A DNA stretch of 64,000 nucleotides from Candidatus Omnitrophota bacterium (GTDB lineage: Bacteria > Omnitrophota > Omnitrophia > Omnitrophales > Aquincolibacteriaceae): contig JAUYMS010000030.1 of NCBI GenBank assembly GCA_030698625.1, forward strand, positions 148,016 to 212,015, read 5' to 3'. Position 1 is the first letter of the stretch; each line of letters opens with the position of its first letter. The position numbers were made by a program, and so were the translations under genes. Below, in pieces: positions 20,336 through 31,175 of the stretch. Below the pieces are notes generated by a model, which worked only from the letters and a program-made list of their open reading frames with translations, made no database searches and had not been told where the DNA came from.

Positions 20336-23300
20336 ATGAGCAGACTGAGCTTCAAAAAAACGATCGCAGTGATGGCTTTCCTCTGTATGGTTGTTACTCA
20401 AGGGCTGCCTTTTGGCTGGTCTGAGACATGGCAACCGCCCGAAGATGATGTCAACACGCCGACCACTTCTGCGAATGAAGAACCGGCCCCGACGCCCACT
20501 CCCGTTCCTCCGAATCCGAACGACCCTAGTTTGAGTCCGCTCGCAGCCGATGACCGCATTCATACGCTAGATAAGGAAGGCAACGAGGTCACTCTCGGAG
20601 ACAGCACCGGAGGGCTCAGAGTGGAAGCGGTCTCTTTTACGGACGGCGCCGTGTTTGAAATAGATCCTGAGAATCCCGACTTGAGAGTCGTGACCGAAAC
20701 CGACGGGTCCATGCGCAGATACTCCCATATATGGGAAGTGAATTGGGAGACAACCACCTGTCCCCCTAATTCGGGGATGTGTATGGGAATGGCTTCGTCG
20801 GTGACGGCTCCATCACCGGCGAGCGTGCCCTTATATAGAGGCACCTACACTTACGAACTTGATGACGGCACGCGCATCACGAAGATGACCGAGATAAGGG
20901 GCATTCCTCTGGTCGGGGAGCCCGAAGACAATACCCTTGAGGCGATTGTCGCCCGGCACCGCGCAGAGTTGGAGAGCCTATTCAAGAATGCCCATATGGA
21001 AATCCCGGAAAGTGAAATCGATCGTCTGGACCTCGCCGCAACGGACGAGCGCTTGAAAGTCTATTTCGAAATGGCGGCCGCTATCCTTGAGCATTTAAAA
21101 GAAGCGTTAATCGCCACAGGGCATATGAACCCGATGATCTTAGGCGGGGGGCCGGACGAAGCCGTGGCACTCGAAAGCTTTGCAAGCCGGGAGATGGGGA
21201 AGCTTTACCGCCGTGTCATGGCGCTGGCAATTAGGCAGGCGATGGCTCTCGGCGACGGCGACCCGGTTCACCTGGTGCATAAGACCTACGAACTCGCGGC
21301 TGTGCTGCATACCAAGCTATTGCGCGAAGGGCTTTATTACACTCACAGTGATGACGGGGGTCTTTATGGCTACGACGCCTCGAGAATTGCAGAGGCCATG
21401 CCCGGAATCTCTGCAGCGATGGTTCATGGCCTCGCGGCTTCCGGCGACGGCAGCTACTTTTTCCAGAAATTCAGTTTTGTGATGTACAGCCTGGCGGCCG
21501 GAGTCTCACCCCGAGGCGTGCGTGATCTTGTCCTGCGCATTATCGATTTCTACAATGTCGACCTCTTAAGTTTTGACGACCACGGCTCCTATATTGATCC
21601 GGAAAAATTCGGGCTTGCTGTGCTCGGCCAGCTCGAACCCCTGCCGGAGCCGACACCGATGCCGACACCGGAACCGACTCCCATGCCGACTCCGATGCCG
21701 GAGCCGACACCTGAGCCCACACCGGAACCAACACCGATGCCGACGCCGGAACCGATGCCGACACCGACGCCGATACCGGAGCCGACTCCGATGCCCACAC
21801 CCGGTCCCGATCCTGATGACGATGATTACATTGATATCGCGATCAAGAGAACCGTATGCCCCTCCGACGACCGCATGGGCATGCCTTGCTGGCAGGAAGA
21901 CCTGCCTTATGACATGACCGGTCTCGTCGAGATCAGCAGGTATGAGAAAACGGAAATCATAGGTTCTCAACTCATCATTACGGTTTACATTCGCGCGACT
22001 CGCGGGCTGACCCCGCAGCTGGAGCCTGAGCAAAATCGCGAGGTCGACGTCTCAAGGTTCCTGCCGACGGAGTTTACCCTGACGGCCAGTAGTGAGAGCG
22101 GCAGTGAGCTATTCTTTCACGCCGGCTCCGGCACGGGAACTATGCTGGAACTCGGCAAGGAGCGCACTAGTGACACCACCTGGCAATTTACAATTCTCTA
22201 TATACCCGATCCAGCTCTTGAGGGAGAGCGGGTCGAGTGGACCTGGCAGGTTTCTGCCGGAGAGGTTACTTCCGACCCTGCCATAATCACCATGATCTAC
22301 CACGATGACCGGCCGGGTGCCAATTCCGCGGCCGATCTCCTGGCAGATCATATGAAAGAGAAAGTGATTATGAGTCTGGGGCAGCCGATAGAGGGTTTTA
22401 CAAAGGAGATGCTCCAAGCCGTTTTCTCGGGCCTGATGCCTGAGGACTTTAATTTGGTCGATACCGCGCTGGGGATCTTTCGCTTTGAAGACGGCGTACT
22501 CCGGCTCGACATGAACACCTCCGGTATTATGCATTCAGGTTATGACAGCCTCACCGACGCAGGTTTGCAGAGACTGGCTGAAAATATATCTCAAAGGTTA
22601 GGGATACCGCTCGACGGAGACGGAGTGTTCGACGAGATTCTCGCGAACCTCGGCGGAATCTTGCCGCAACCGACACCGCAGCCCGTTCCCAACACAAAGC
22701 CGGTGGCGAACCTCTATGAAACATCGGGTATTTCGCGTACGCAACCCTCGACCCACTGGTTGACGGGCACCGACGAAGACGCGGACATGCTGGAAGCCAT
22801 GTGGTACCAGGCATTCAACTCGGAGTTGGGATGGGGTGAATTTACGGGTAATACCAGACGATCCGACGACGGAAAAACGACCGAATTCGAGATGATCTTT
22901 CATCCCAACAATCCGCCCGAGAAAGGCAACGGCGACTTTGCGGTTGCGACTTGGCGTGTTACCGACGGCATGGAAACTTCAGACCAGCAAAAAGTAAAAC
23001 TCTTCTTCAGTAATGAGAAAGACAAGCGAGGTCAAGACGACGGCTCAGGAGAAGGCGAAAGTAGCGGCTCCGGTTTTACGAGGTCGCATCTCGATGTGAA
23101 CGGGGATGGTGTTGTGGATGTAAGTGACCTTTACGTTATGGTTAATCAGGGGGTTCAGGTCAATGAAGACTTAAACGGCGACGGAGTCATTAATCAAGAG
23201 GATACCGACATTGCTCTGCAACAGCTCTTCACCGCGCTTCATAAGCGGCCTTGTAAGAATATGTGGGGCTATTGCGACGACGAGACGGATGTAGATCCGA

Positions 23301-24010
23301 CACCGACGTCAACGCCGTGGGAAACGCCGACACCTACACCGTGGGAAGAAATACCGACACCTACGCCTTTCGAAACGCCGACCCCGACGCCGGATTACAA
23401 TGACGGTACGTGGGAAATAGACCAATGTACCTCCGGCGCACTGCTGTGGAATGATGACGGCTCCTATACCGACACGACTGAGTGCACCTACAAGAAAAAG
23501 AAAGCCCGTGAGGAGATAACACCGACACCCACACCGAACGACGGTGATTTAATCTGCTCGCCCGGCATGATCGATCCTGACGGGACTGACCACACGACCT
23601 GCACCCGCGCGATGCCGAGCATTGCAAGCGTTCTGAAGATGCCTCATCGTATCGCGAATATTTTTGCGACTCTTCGCACGTTGAGCCCGCACAGCATTAT
23701 GGAAGGCATGGGGCATCAGATTGCCAGGGAGCAGCGAATGCAGCAAATGTACGAGAATCAGGGACGCGCCGATAAATCCGAAGAAGACGACGAAAAGCCT
23801 CCTATGCATTTCGCAGCCTACGCCCCGGTAATGCCCGTTATTTCACCGGTACAGCCCAGAGTCGAGCCGGCCTACCATGAGTATCGCCGCGCCTTTCATA
23901 GCCTGCGGTCTGCGATGACCCGATTCAACTCAGCCTGGAGCATGCTGAGCTCTGCCATGCAGATGAGCCTACGCTACCAGCGCGACCTCGAGAAACACTC
24001 CGAAAGCTAA
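20336..24010 (+). CDS. Secreted 1224-aa protein with Pro/Thr linkers, beta-sandwich-like segments and a dockerin/EF-hand-like pair
   Basis: Signal peptide similar to that of the giant protein ([10 protein letters not shown] versus TLTQAVPYGF). PEPTPMPT tract; [24 protein letters not shown]. Confidence 0.85.
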   Translation: MSRLSFKKTIAVMAFLCMVVTQGLPFGWSETWQPPEDDVNTPTTSANEEPAPTPTPVPPNPNDPSLSPLAADDRIHTLDKEGNEVTLGDSTGGLRVEAVSFTDGAVFEIDPENPDLRVVTETDGSMRRYSHIWEVNWETTTCPPNSGMCMGMASSVTAPSPASVPLYRGTYTYELDDGTRITKMTEIRGIPLVGEPEDNTLEAIVARHRAELESLFKNAHMEIPESEIDRLDLAATDERLKVYFEMAAAILEHLKEALIATGHMNPMILGGGPDEAVALESFASREMGKLYRRVMALAIRQAMALGDGDPVHLVHKTYELAAVLHTKLLREGLYYTHSDDGGLYGYDASRIAEAMPGISAAMVHGLAASGDGSYFFQKFSFVMYSLAAGVSPRGVRDLVLRIIDFYNVDLLSFDDHGSYIDPEKFGLAVLGQLEPLPEPTPMPTPEPTPMPTPMPEPTPEPTPEPTPMPTPEPMPTPTPIPEPTPMPTPGPDPDDDDYIDIAIKRTVCPSDDRMGMPCWQEDLPYDMTGLVEISRYEKTEIIGSQLIITVYIRATRGLTPQLEPEQNREVDVSRFLPTEFTLTASSESGSELFFHAGSGTGTMLELGKERTSDTTWQFTILYIPDPALEGERVEWTWQVSAGEVTSDPAIITMIYHDDRPGANSAADLLADHMKEKVIMSLGQPIEGFTKEMLQAVFSGLMPEDFNLVDTALGIFRFEDGVLRLDMNTSGIMHSGYDSLTDAGLQRLAENISQRLGIPLDGDGVFDEILANLGGILPQPTPQPVPNTKPVANLYETSGISRTQPSTHWLTGTDEDADMLEAMWYQAFNSELGWGEFTGNTRRSDDGKTTEFEMIFHPNNPPEKGNGDFAVATWRVTDGMETSDQQKVKLFFSNEKDKRGQDDGSGEGESSGSGFTRSHLDVNGDGVVDVSDLYVMVNQGVQVNEDLNGDGVINQEDTDIALQQLFTALHKRPCKNMWGYCDDETDVDPTPTSTPWETPTPTPWEEIPTPTPFETPTPTPDYNDGTWEIDQCTSGALLWNDDGSYTDTTECTYKKKKAREEITPTPTPNDGDLICSPGMIDPDGTDHTTCTRAMPSIASVLKMPHRIANIFATLRTLSPHSIMEGMGHQIAREQRMQQMYENQGRADKSEEDDEKPPMHFAAYAPVMPVISPVQPRVEPAYHEYRRAFHSLRSAMTRFNSAWSMLSSAMQMSLRYQRDLEKHSES
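21644..21802 (+). repeat. Coding tandem repeat (PEPT/PMPT)n linker
   Basis: Repeated ccggagccgacaccgatgccgaca-type units. Confidence 0.9.
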
Positions 24011-24059
24011 CCTCTCCTTACTGTTGTGGTAGAATTGCGTCACAAAACAGAGGGAAGCA

Positions 24060-24902
24060 ATGGCTGCCAAAAAATTATCAGAACTCATCAGTGAGCACGA
24101 GACCGCGAAGGGCCGCTGGGTACTAACCGGGGATCACGAGGTTTATTACCGTGAAAGACGCGGTAAAAAGGAGGCCGTGATTAAGGGGGCGCTCGTGGCG
24201 GCACAGCCTGATGCGCTTGTGATTTCGGTGACGGTGCGTGAGAGTGAGAAGCGCACGGTAACCGGGCTTGTGAATCTCGCAGGGAAGTGGGAGCTCGACT
24301 CTAAAAACCGGATTACGTTTTTGGTGAGGCGCGGTTCTGCGCGCGGTGACAAGCTTCGGTTTCAGGGCGCGTGGGAGGTGAATAAGCACCACGAGGTTAT
24401 CTATACCTATGAAGCCCGTGCGGCCCGGCATCAACTTGTATTCAAGGGGCATTGGGATATTACGGCCAAGAACCGGCTGACCTATGTTTTGGGCACGGGT
24501 TCTGAGGCCGCCTTCCGTTTCCGCGGCACGTTTCAGAGCGCAAGCCTCGGCGCCAAAGCCGGCGAAATACGTTACCAGGCGGGCATTGAGTTCCAATCGA
24601 AGCGGGGGGCGTGGAAGCGGATCAGCAGGACGATTATACTTTTTGGGAAGTGGAAATTATCACGCGCCCTTGCCCTGGATTTCGAGATTACATATGCGGG
24701 CGGCCGCAGGTCTAGTATCGCGGTGGGGGCTGTCCTTGCCGACAAATTTACGGTTCGTCTCCTGAGCAAAAGCGGTGCCCCGCTCGGCCTGGAACTTACG
24801 CTCACGAAAGATTTTTTCAGAGGCCGCGCCAAGGCCTTTTCGCGTTTTTCGCGAACTGCGACTGCCCAGGCCCTCGAGGCCGGGGTTACGATTCCGTGGT
24901 AG
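24060..24902 (+). CDS. Hypothetical basic beta-strand-rich protein
   Basis: Repeated GxW motifs (GRWVL, GKWEL, GAWEV, GHWDI, GKWKL); ends EAGVTIPW. Confidence 0.8.
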   Translation: MAAKKLSELISEHETAKGRWVLTGDHEVYYRERRGKKEAVIKGALVAAQPDALVISVTVRESEKRTVTGLVNLAGKWELDSKNRITFLVRRGSARGDKLRFQGAWEVNKHHEVIYTYEARAARHQLVFKGHWDITAKNRLTYVLGTGSEAAFRFRGTFQSASLGAKAGEIRYQAGIEFQSKRGAWKRISRTIILFGKWKLSRALALDFEITYAGGRRSSIAVGAVLADKFTVRLLSKSGAPLGLELTLTKDFFRGRAKAFSRFSRTATAQALEAGVTIPW

Positions 24903-24917
24903 GCTACCCCCCTAAGA

Positions 24918-24945
24918 TTGACATTATTCGTCCCTCCTCTATAAT
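24918..24945 (+). promoter_or_regulatory. Consensus sigma70 promoter of tRNA-Phe
   Basis: TTGACA-16bp-TATAAT. Confidence 0.85.
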
Positions 24946-24965
24946 GCGTGGATTAGCCTCACTGA

Positions 24966-25038
24966 GGGCAGGTAGCTCAGTCGGTAGAGCAAGGGACTGA
25001 AAATCCCTGTGTCGGGGGTTCAATTCCCTCCCTGCCCA
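24966..25038 (+). tRNA. tRNA-Phe(GAA), CCA not encoded
   Basis: GGGCAGG/CCTGCCC acceptor stem, AGGGA-CTGAAAA-TCCCT anticodon arm, GGTTCAATTCC T-arm. Confidence 0.97.
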
Positions 25039-25081
25039 TATCTAACCTTAATACCGCACTACTGTTAAAAGAAACTGCCCT

Positions 25082-26050
25082 ATGAAGTATTCGATCGGCA
25101 TTGACATCGGCGGTACCAAAATCGCCATCGCTCTCGGCAACAGCCGGGGCAGGATCCTCGCACGCCGCCTCCTGACAACCCGAACCGGCGCCGAGACCCG
25201 CGCCTGCATTCAAGAGATTTCAGAGCACATCAAAAATTTGATCAGCAAATGCCCCGGCGGTAAAAGAAAAATTACCGGCATCGGTGTGGGCGTGCCCGGT
25301 GCGGTCAACTCGAAGACCGGCGTTGTGCCGCGCTCACCCCACATGAAAGGTTGGCAGGGGATCAAGCTCGCAAAGATTCTCAAAGCGAATTCGGGCCTGC
25401 CTGTGCTTCTCGGTAACGATGCCAACGCCGCGGCTCTGGCCGAGATGCATTTTGGTTTGGGCAAAAACACAAAAGACTTTATTTATATCACGGTGAGTAC
25501 GGGCGTGGGCGGCGGCCTGGTGGTGAATGGGCGTCTCGTGGAAGGCGCGAATTATGTCGGCGGTGAGATAGGCCACATGACAGTCGTGCGCGGCGGTAAC
25601 CTTTGCAATTGCGGCAAGCGCGGTTGTCTTGAAGCCTATGCCTCAGGCACGGCCGTGGCACGCTATGTCGAGCGCGCCGTGCGGGCGGGGAGGCGGTCCG
25701 TTCTTGCCGCGCAAGTAAAACGCCGCGAACCTTTAGCCGCCCGCAACGTGGGTAAGGCCATCAGGCTCCATAACGACCGCCTCGCCAGAGAGTCTTATCG
25801 TGTTGCCGGCGAGTACCTCGGCCTCGGCCTCGCCAATCTCCTTAATATATTGAACCCCTCAGTCGTGAGCCTCGGCGGAGGCGTCTGGAAATCCGCGCCG
25901 CCGGAATTCGGCAAGGCCATGCGCGCCAGCTGCAAACGCGAAGCCTGGCCCGAAGCCTATCGCAGTGTCCGCATCCTGCACTCTAAGTTGGGCGCCCATG
26001 TCGGCGACCTCGGCGCCATTGCCCTCGGGTTTCAAGCCGCAAATGCCTGA
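25082..26050 (+). CDS. ROK family sugar kinase (glucokinase-like)
   Basis: GIDIGGTKI, NDANAAALAE, GEIGH and CNCGKRGCLEAYASG. Confidence 0.95.
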   Translation: MKYSIGIDIGGTKIAIALGNSRGRILARRLLTTRTGAETRACIQEISEHIKNLISKCPGGKRKITGIGVGVPGAVNSKTGVVPRSPHMKGWQGIKLAKILKANSGLPVLLGNDANAAALAEMHFGLGKNTKDFIYITVSTGVGGGLVVNGRLVEGANYVGGEIGHMTVVRGGNLCNCGKRGCLEAYASGTAVARYVERAVRAGRRSVLAAQVKRREPLAARNVGKAIRLHNDRLARESYRVAGEYLGLGLANLLNILNPSVVSLGGGVWKSAPPEFGKAMRASCKREAWPEAYRSVRILHSKLGAHVGDLGAIALGFQAANA

Positions 26051-26972
26051 AGCGCTTGCAGAAAGCCTGAAGTCATACAACTCACTGCGCCAGGCAGTAC
26101 GACAAGCCATCCGCCTCGGGCGCACCCGCGCCGAAGCCGCCGTTGAGCAGGAGAAGGTGCGCACTTCGTGGGAGGTGGGCCGCCTGATTCTTACCCATGT
26201 TCTCGAGCATCAGGGCCGAGGCGAATACGGAGAGGCTGTTATTCGCAGGCTGGGGCATGATCTGGTGATCAGCATCCGCGAGCTCCAGTACATGGTTGAA
26301 TTTGCAAGGACATACCCGAATGTGCGGCCGGCCGCACATTTGAGTTGGTCGCATTATCAGGCGCTTTTGCGGATAAATGATCCTAATAAAAGAAAAGCGC
26401 TGGCTCTCGAAGCTTCTCAAAAAGGTTGGACGCGCAAGCGCCTGCGTTCGGCAATCGGGCGGGGCAAGGAAGCGGCCGGGAGCGCATTCACTGCGCATGC
26501 AATGATGGTTCCGACCCAGCCCGGAAAGCCGGGCACCTACCGCATCCTGGAAGCAAAAGCGGGCCCGTATAAGGGACAGTTCGTCTACGACCTCGGCTTC
26601 TCAAACTATTACCGCCCGGCACGAGCCTTACGCCGCCCGAAAGCAAAACCGCCCGAACAGGACTTATTCACATACAAAGCCTTCGTCACCGCCGTCATCG
26701 ACGGCGACACACTGTGGGCCTCAATCGACCTCGGCTTCGGCTTCACCACCAAACAAAAACTAAGACTGCGTGCACTCGACGCCCCCGAGCTAGGCTCAAA
26801 GCCCGGCCGCCTCGCCAAGAACTATCTCGCACGCAAACTAAAACCCGCAACCCCCGTCATCATCAAAACCACCAAATCCGACAAATTCGACCGCTACCTC
26901 GCCGACATCTGGCACGAAGGCGAACACCTCAATAAAACCCTGGTGGCCAAGGGCTATGCGCGGGTGGTGTGA
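26043..26972 (+). CDS. DUF1016/YhcG N-terminal domain fused to a thermonuclease (SNase) domain
   Basis: WEVGRLI...YGEAVIRRLGHDL...LSWSHY, followed by VIDGDTL...LRLRALDAPE...DKFDRYLAD. Start placed at the ATG overlapping the end of the ROK gene. Confidence 0.85.
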   Translation: MPEALAESLKSYNSLRQAVRQAIRLGRTRAEAAVEQEKVRTSWEVGRLILTHVLEHQGRGEYGEAVIRRLGHDLVISIRELQYMVEFARTYPNVRPAAHLSWSHYQALLRINDPNKRKALALEASQKGWTRKRLRSAIGRGKEAAGSAFTAHAMMVPTQPGKPGTYRILEAKAGPYKGQFVYDLGFSNYYRPARALRRPKAKPPEQDLFTYKAFVTAVIDGDTLWASIDLGFGFTTKQKLRLRALDAPELGSKPGRLAKNYLARKLKPATPVIIKTTKSDKFDRYLADIWHEGEHLNKTLVAKGYARVV

Positions 26973-27091
26973 TGTGGGCCGGTATCTCAGGCCTGTCCCT
27001 GTGGGGACTGTCCCCAATATTCAAATGGTCTTTACGCTAACTAGCGTATATCAACGCGAGGCTTGGCGGATAAGCGGAGAAAAGTCATAGG

Positions 27092-27137
27092 AGTTATACT
27101 CACTTATACCAAATGTATGATATAAGTATATATAACT
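27092..27137. promoter_or_regulatory. 20-bp-arm inverted repeat (putative operator) upstream of the AAA ATPase
   Basis: agttatactcacttatacca-6nt-tgatataagtatatataact, 16 of 20 positions complementary. Confidence 0.55.
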
Positions 27138-27162
27138 AGATACAACTCAAAAGGAGCTCACT

Positions 27163-28341
27163 TTGGATGCAATGAAAAATCCTTTTTCTCCGGGCGCAGG
27201 TACACCCCCACCAGAGCTTGTCGGTCGTGAAAAGATTCTTGAACAGGCTAGAGTTTTACTAGGGAGGGTAAAGCTCAAACGCTCTGAAAAGAGTATGATA
27301 CTTGTTGGGCTGCGAGGCGTCGGAAAGACTGTGCTTCTAAACGAAATAGCCCGGCAAGCTGCAAAAGCACACTATCTTACTGTGCCTCTCGAAGCACCCG
27401 AAAGCAAACCCTTAGCCGTATTATTAGCCCCGCACTTAAGGACGCTTCTTTTTCAATTGAAAATGAGCGAAAAGGTTCGTCGTGGCCTCAGAGTCCTAAA
27501 GAGTTTTGTGGGCGCCATTAAAGTCAAAGTGTCAGAGATAGAAATTGGATTAGATATTGATCCTATACGTGGCTCGGCCGATAGCGGTGATCTAGAAGCT
27601 GATCTCTCAGCTTTGTTTATAGCCGTTGCCGAAGCAGCGCAAGAACGTAAAACTGTTATTGCGTTATTGGTGGATGAAATTCAGTATTTATCCGAGCAGG
27701 AATTAAGTGCAATTATTATGGCAATGCACAGAATGCAGCAACTTCAGCTGCCGTTAGTTTTAATTGGTGCGGGATTACCAATTTTGACCAGACTGGCGGG
27801 GGAGTCCAAATCTTATGCTGAACGGCTTTTTGATTTTCCAAAAATTGGACCATTGTCACCTACCGATGCTCACAAGGCATTGCTTGATCCTGTCGAAGAC
27901 GCTGGTGCCGAATTTGCCGCGGATGCAATTGGTAAAATTGTCGGCTTGACAAAAGGGTACCCTTATTTTGTTCAAGAATGGGGTTATCAGGCATGGAACC
28001 ATGCATCGGAGCCGCGTATTACCTTAGCTAATGTCCAAACTGCAACCAAAAAGGTTCTGCAGCGACTCGACGACAATTTCTTTCGGGTACGTTTTGATCG
28101 GTTAACTCCGAGAGAAAAAGATTTTATGAGAGCAATGGCCGAGCTGGGTTCCGGTGCGCAACGCATCAGTGATATTGCTGAGGTTCTCGGCAATAAAGTT
28201 AGTAGTCTCGGTCCGATGAGGGCCAAACTGATGCATAAAGGTATGATATATAGTCCCGAATATGGTGACATGGCTTTTACAGTTCCGCTTTTCGATCAGT
28301 TTATGTGCCGCGTCATCCCAAAAATGCGTTTTAAAAAATAA
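27163..28341 (+). CDS. AAA-type ATP-binding protein with C-terminal winged helix
   Basis: NPFSPGAG, Walker A GLRGVGKT, Walker B LLVDEIQ, GYPYFVQ. Confidence 0.9.
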   Translation: MDAMKNPFSPGAGTPPPELVGREKILEQARVLLGRVKLKRSEKSMILVGLRGVGKTVLLNEIARQAAKAHYLTVPLEAPESKPLAVLLAPHLRTLLFQLKMSEKVRRGLRVLKSFVGAIKVKVSEIEIGLDIDPIRGSADSGDLEADLSALFIAVAEAAQERKTVIALLVDEIQYLSEQELSAIIMAMHRMQQLQLPLVLIGAGLPILTRLAGESKSYAERLFDFPKIGPLSPTDAHKALLDPVEDAGAEFAADAIGKIVGLTKGYPYFVQEWGYQAWNHASEPRITLANVQTATKKVLQRLDDNFFRVRFDRLTPREKDFMRAMAELGSGAQRISDIAEVLGNKVSSLGPMRAKLMHKGMIYSPEYGDMAFTVPLFDQFMCRVIPKMRFKK

Positions 28342-28348
28342 CCAACAG

Positions 28349-28457
28349 AACCCTGTACCCCTTCCAAACCCTGTACCCCTTCCAGAAGTGCCGGGTTAAA
28401 AGTGAATAGACCGGACGCCGTCCGGCGGGGAAGGGTAAGGCGTCCCGTAAATTCACT
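28349..28457. repeat. REP-like composite hairpin element (fullest copy)
   Basis: Tandem aaccctgtaccccttcca x2, then gaagtgccgggttaaaagtgaatagaccggacgccgtccggcggggaagggtaag. Partial copies at 32449, 36290 and 47597. Confidence 0.75.
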
Positions 28458-28485
28458 GAAATCGATAAACAAAGGAGATGAGGCT

Positions 28486-28770
28486 ATGGCAAGATTTATT
28501 ATTCGACATCGTGTTTCAGACTATGATCGTTGGAAAAAGGCTTACGCGGCACATGGGGCCGTCCGGGCTCAGAACGGGTTTAAAAAAAGCGTGGTGCATC
28601 GGTATGTGGATGATCCCAACCATTTGATTATCCTTTTCGATGTGGACGACGTTGAAAAGGCAAAGACCTTTGCCGCCGATCCGGCGTTAGCGCAAAAAAT
28701 GAAGGAAGCCGGGGTCATTGATGAACCGAAGTTTTTTTATCTCGATGACGGTGAAACCTTTCCGAACTAA
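28486..28770 (+). CDS. Small dimeric alpha-beta barrel ('cyclase'-annotated family) protein
   Basis: aaggag SD; HRVSDYDRWKKAY...MKEAGVIDEP. Confidence 0.75.
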   Translation: MARFIIRHRVSDYDRWKKAYAAHGAVRAQNGFKKSVVHRYVDDPNHLIILFDVDDVEKAKTFAADPALAQKMKEAGVIDEPKFFYLDDGETFPN

Positions 28771-28863
28771 AAGATCTATACCAATAGTAAAGGGGCCAGG
28801 TTGGGGCAATAAACGAAATAATGGGTAGATATAGATGACAGGTGTAGGCAGCGGCCTTTCTAA

Positions 28864-30651
28864 ATGCTAATCGATCTTGCGATTCTTGGTCTTTTTGTTA
28901 TTTATGCAGTCGTCACGGGTTTGCGTGCGCGCAAACAAGCCTCCAAAAATTTAGAAGAATACTTTCTCGCCGGCAGATCGCTCTCCGGCTGGCAAGCCGG
29001 GGTCAGCATGGCGGCAACCCAATACGCAGCGGATACGCCGCTCCTTGTGACAGGGCTCGTGGCAACCGCCGGTGTCTTTTCGCTCTGGCGGCTTTGGATT
29101 TACGCGATTGCCTTCCTGATGCTCGGCTTTTTTTTTAGCGGAGGATGGCGCCGTTCCGGTGTTTTAACCGATGCAGAATTTACGGAATTGCGTTATCGCG
29201 GCAAGGCGGCCGGCGCGTTAAGGGCGCTTAAAGCGATCCATCTTGGCACTTTGTTCAACTGTAGTGTTCTGGCGATGGTGCTTATTGCGGCCGTCCGTAT
29301 TTCCGAACCCTTTGTAAGCTGGCATACGTGGCTGCCCGGCGGTTTGATCACGCCCGTTGCGAATGCACTGCAATTCCTAGACGTGAACCTTTCGTCAGTC
29401 CCGCTAGGGCATTCCGATGTGTGGAACCTTTCTGCAAGTAATCTGATCTCTATTCTTATGATTGTGAGTTTCACGACACTTTATTCAACGACAGGGGGGC
29501 TCCGTGCGGTGGTCGCCACCGATATGGTGCAATTTGCGATTGCGATGATTGCGACCCTGATTTATGCGTGGATCGTCGTAAGTAAAGTGGGAGGGCTCCC
29601 TGAACTTGTTCGAAAGATGAGTGAGCTTTACGGCGATGAGGCGAGTCGACGCACGCTCGCTTTCTTCCCCGCGCGGTGGGACCTTGAAATGATGCCTATT
29701 TTAGGCGTGCTTTTTGTGCAGTGGTTTGCGCAGAGTAATGCCGATGGCAGTGGGTATTTAGCGCAGCGTACGATGGCGTGTAAGACCGACAAGGATGCGC
29801 GCAATGCCAGTATCATTTTTACTTTTTTACAAGTGGTCGTTCGATCCCTTTTTTGGCTTCCCATTGCGATCGGGCTTCTCGTTCTTTATCCGGCAGCGGG
29901 GTTGCCCGGAGCAGGAGAGGCGACAGAGGCTTTCCGTGTGGGGCGTGAAGCGACGTTTGCGCTGGGCATTCGCGACTTTTTGCCTGCTGGGATTCGCGGC
30001 TTAATGTTGACGGGGTTACTGGCAGCGTTGGCGTCGACGGTTGACACGCATTTAAATTGGGGGGCATCGTATTGGACCCACGACCTTTACGAGCGTCATT
30101 TGGCCCCGAAGTTGCTCAAAAGAGAACCTTCCACGCGTGAGCTTGTCTGGGTTGCCCGCTTTTCAAATGTGGGGCTCATCACGCTTGCCCTATTTATTAT
30201 GGCGCGGCTTTCTTCTATTCAAGCGGCGTGGCACATAACGCTTCTTTTTGGAAGCGGACTGGGTGTTGTTTTGATTCTGCGTTGGATTTGGTGGCGCATC
30301 AATATTTGGTCAGAATACGCGGCTGCGCTCAGCTCTATCATTTTGGCCCCCATCTTATTGACCCAATTTCCCGAGCTCGGCGAAGGAGGAAAGTTACTCG
30401 CAATGGTTTTTATTTCTACCTTTGCGGTGGTGGGCGTAACACTCTTAACGAAGCCGGAACAGGTTGAAACACTTGTCTTGTTCTATCAGCGTGTAAAGCC
30501 GCCCGGTTTTTGGGGCCCTATTGCGCAAAAAGCGGGAGACTCGAGCGAGACGCCCCTGACCCTTTTCAAGAAGGCTCTCGTCGCGACAGCGCTCACCAGT
30601 TTTGTGGTTTTTGCGCTTCTTTATATCGGTTGTAAACTTCTATTCGGTTAA
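28864..30651 (+). CDS. Sodium:solute symporter family transporter
   Basis: EEYFLAGRSL, SMAATQYAADTPL, GGLRAVVATD; many TM helices. Confidence 0.93.
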   Translation: MLIDLAILGLFVIYAVVTGLRARKQASKNLEEYFLAGRSLSGWQAGVSMAATQYAADTPLLVTGLVATAGVFSLWRLWIYAIAFLMLGFFFSGGWRRSGVLTDAEFTELRYRGKAAGALRALKAIHLGTLFNCSVLAMVLIAAVRISEPFVSWHTWLPGGLITPVANALQFLDVNLSSVPLGHSDVWNLSASNLISILMIVSFTTLYSTTGGLRAVVATDMVQFAIAMIATLIYAWIVVSKVGGLPELVRKMSELYGDEASRRTLAFFPARWDLEMMPILGVLFVQWFAQSNADGSGYLAQRTMACKTDKDARNASIIFTFLQVVVRSLFWLPIAIGLLVLYPAAGLPGAGEATEAFRVGREATFALGIRDFLPAGIRGLMLTGLLAALASTVDTHLNWGASYWTHDLYERHLAPKLLKREPSTRELVWVARFSNVGLITLALFIMARLSSIQAAWHITLLFGSGLGVVLILRWIWWRINIWSEYAAALSSIILAPILLTQFPELGEGGKLLAMVFISTFAVVGVTLLTKPEQVETLVLFYQRVKPPGFWGPIAQKAGDSSETPLTLFKKALVATALTSFVVFALLYIGCKLLFG

Positions 30652-30668
30652 CTGCACCCAATGCGGAG

Positions 30669-31175
30669 CTACTGATTCTTAATGCTTTCGTCAAGAAAGG
30701 GCAGTATGTCGGTATGATGCCCGATCATTTTCCACTCGCCCTCGTCATTTTTGTGGAACACGTTGGTGGCCCGGATCGAGACTTTGACCGGATTCCCGTC
30801 GGCATCGGTATTTTCCCCGATTTCGTAGTTGTAGGTGATGCCCATATGATGGCCTGAGTTAATCTGCATGCGATCCGCTTTCACCTGACCCCCCATCTTC
30901 TTGGCGGCCTGTTTTTCCCAAACTGCCTTGACGTTTTCCCAGCCGACTTCAAAGGTGCCGTCAGGCCCCATGTAAGTGACATCGTCGGCGTGTAACCACA
31001 GAGCGGCCATCGGCGCGGCGTCTCCTGTAAACATGGCGTTCAAGGCGACGTAAAACTGATCGGCTGCCGCTTTGACGGCATCGTTGCTCTCATTCTCCGC
31101 ACGGGCTGGATTCGTGAAACAAAAACTTGCTATCGCCAAGGTAAATATCAGCAATAAGGTCAGTCGCTTTATCAT
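30669..31175 (-). CDS. Secreted NTF2/SnoaL-like protein
   Basis: Signal peptide; FYVALNAM...RATNVF...WKMIGHH. Confidence 0.85.
   Translation of the reverse strand: MIKRLTLLLIFTLAIASFCFTNPARAENESNDAVKAAADQFYVALNAMFTGDAAPMAALWLHADDVTYMGPDGTFEVGWENVKAVWEKQAAKKMGGQVKADRMQINSGHHMGITYNYEIGENTDADGNPVKVSIRATNVFHKNDEGEWKMIGHHTDILPFLDESIKNQ

Noticed and set aside
24966-25038. tRNA-Phe as the integration site of the 27-54 kb accessory region
   Set aside because: I found no duplicated 3' fragment of tRNA-Phe in the window.
24977-25213. Minus-strand ORF ending GREGIEPPTQGFSVPCSTD
   Set aside because: Antisense translation of tRNA-Phe and the start of the ROK gene.
25965-26042. Extended N-termini in the ORF track (also 28402, 34914, 42832, 44378, 46430, 50079, 54510, 61901)
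   Set aside because: They overlap upstream genes, repeats or promoters; downstream ATGs with an SD or a better domain start fit better.
28385-28457. Cobalamin riboswitch (ttaaaagtgaa, ccgg..ccgg, gtcccg, gggaag)
   Set aside because: Motif order and the B12-box do not fit, downstream genes are unrelated, and the sequence recurs as split halves at gene junctions.
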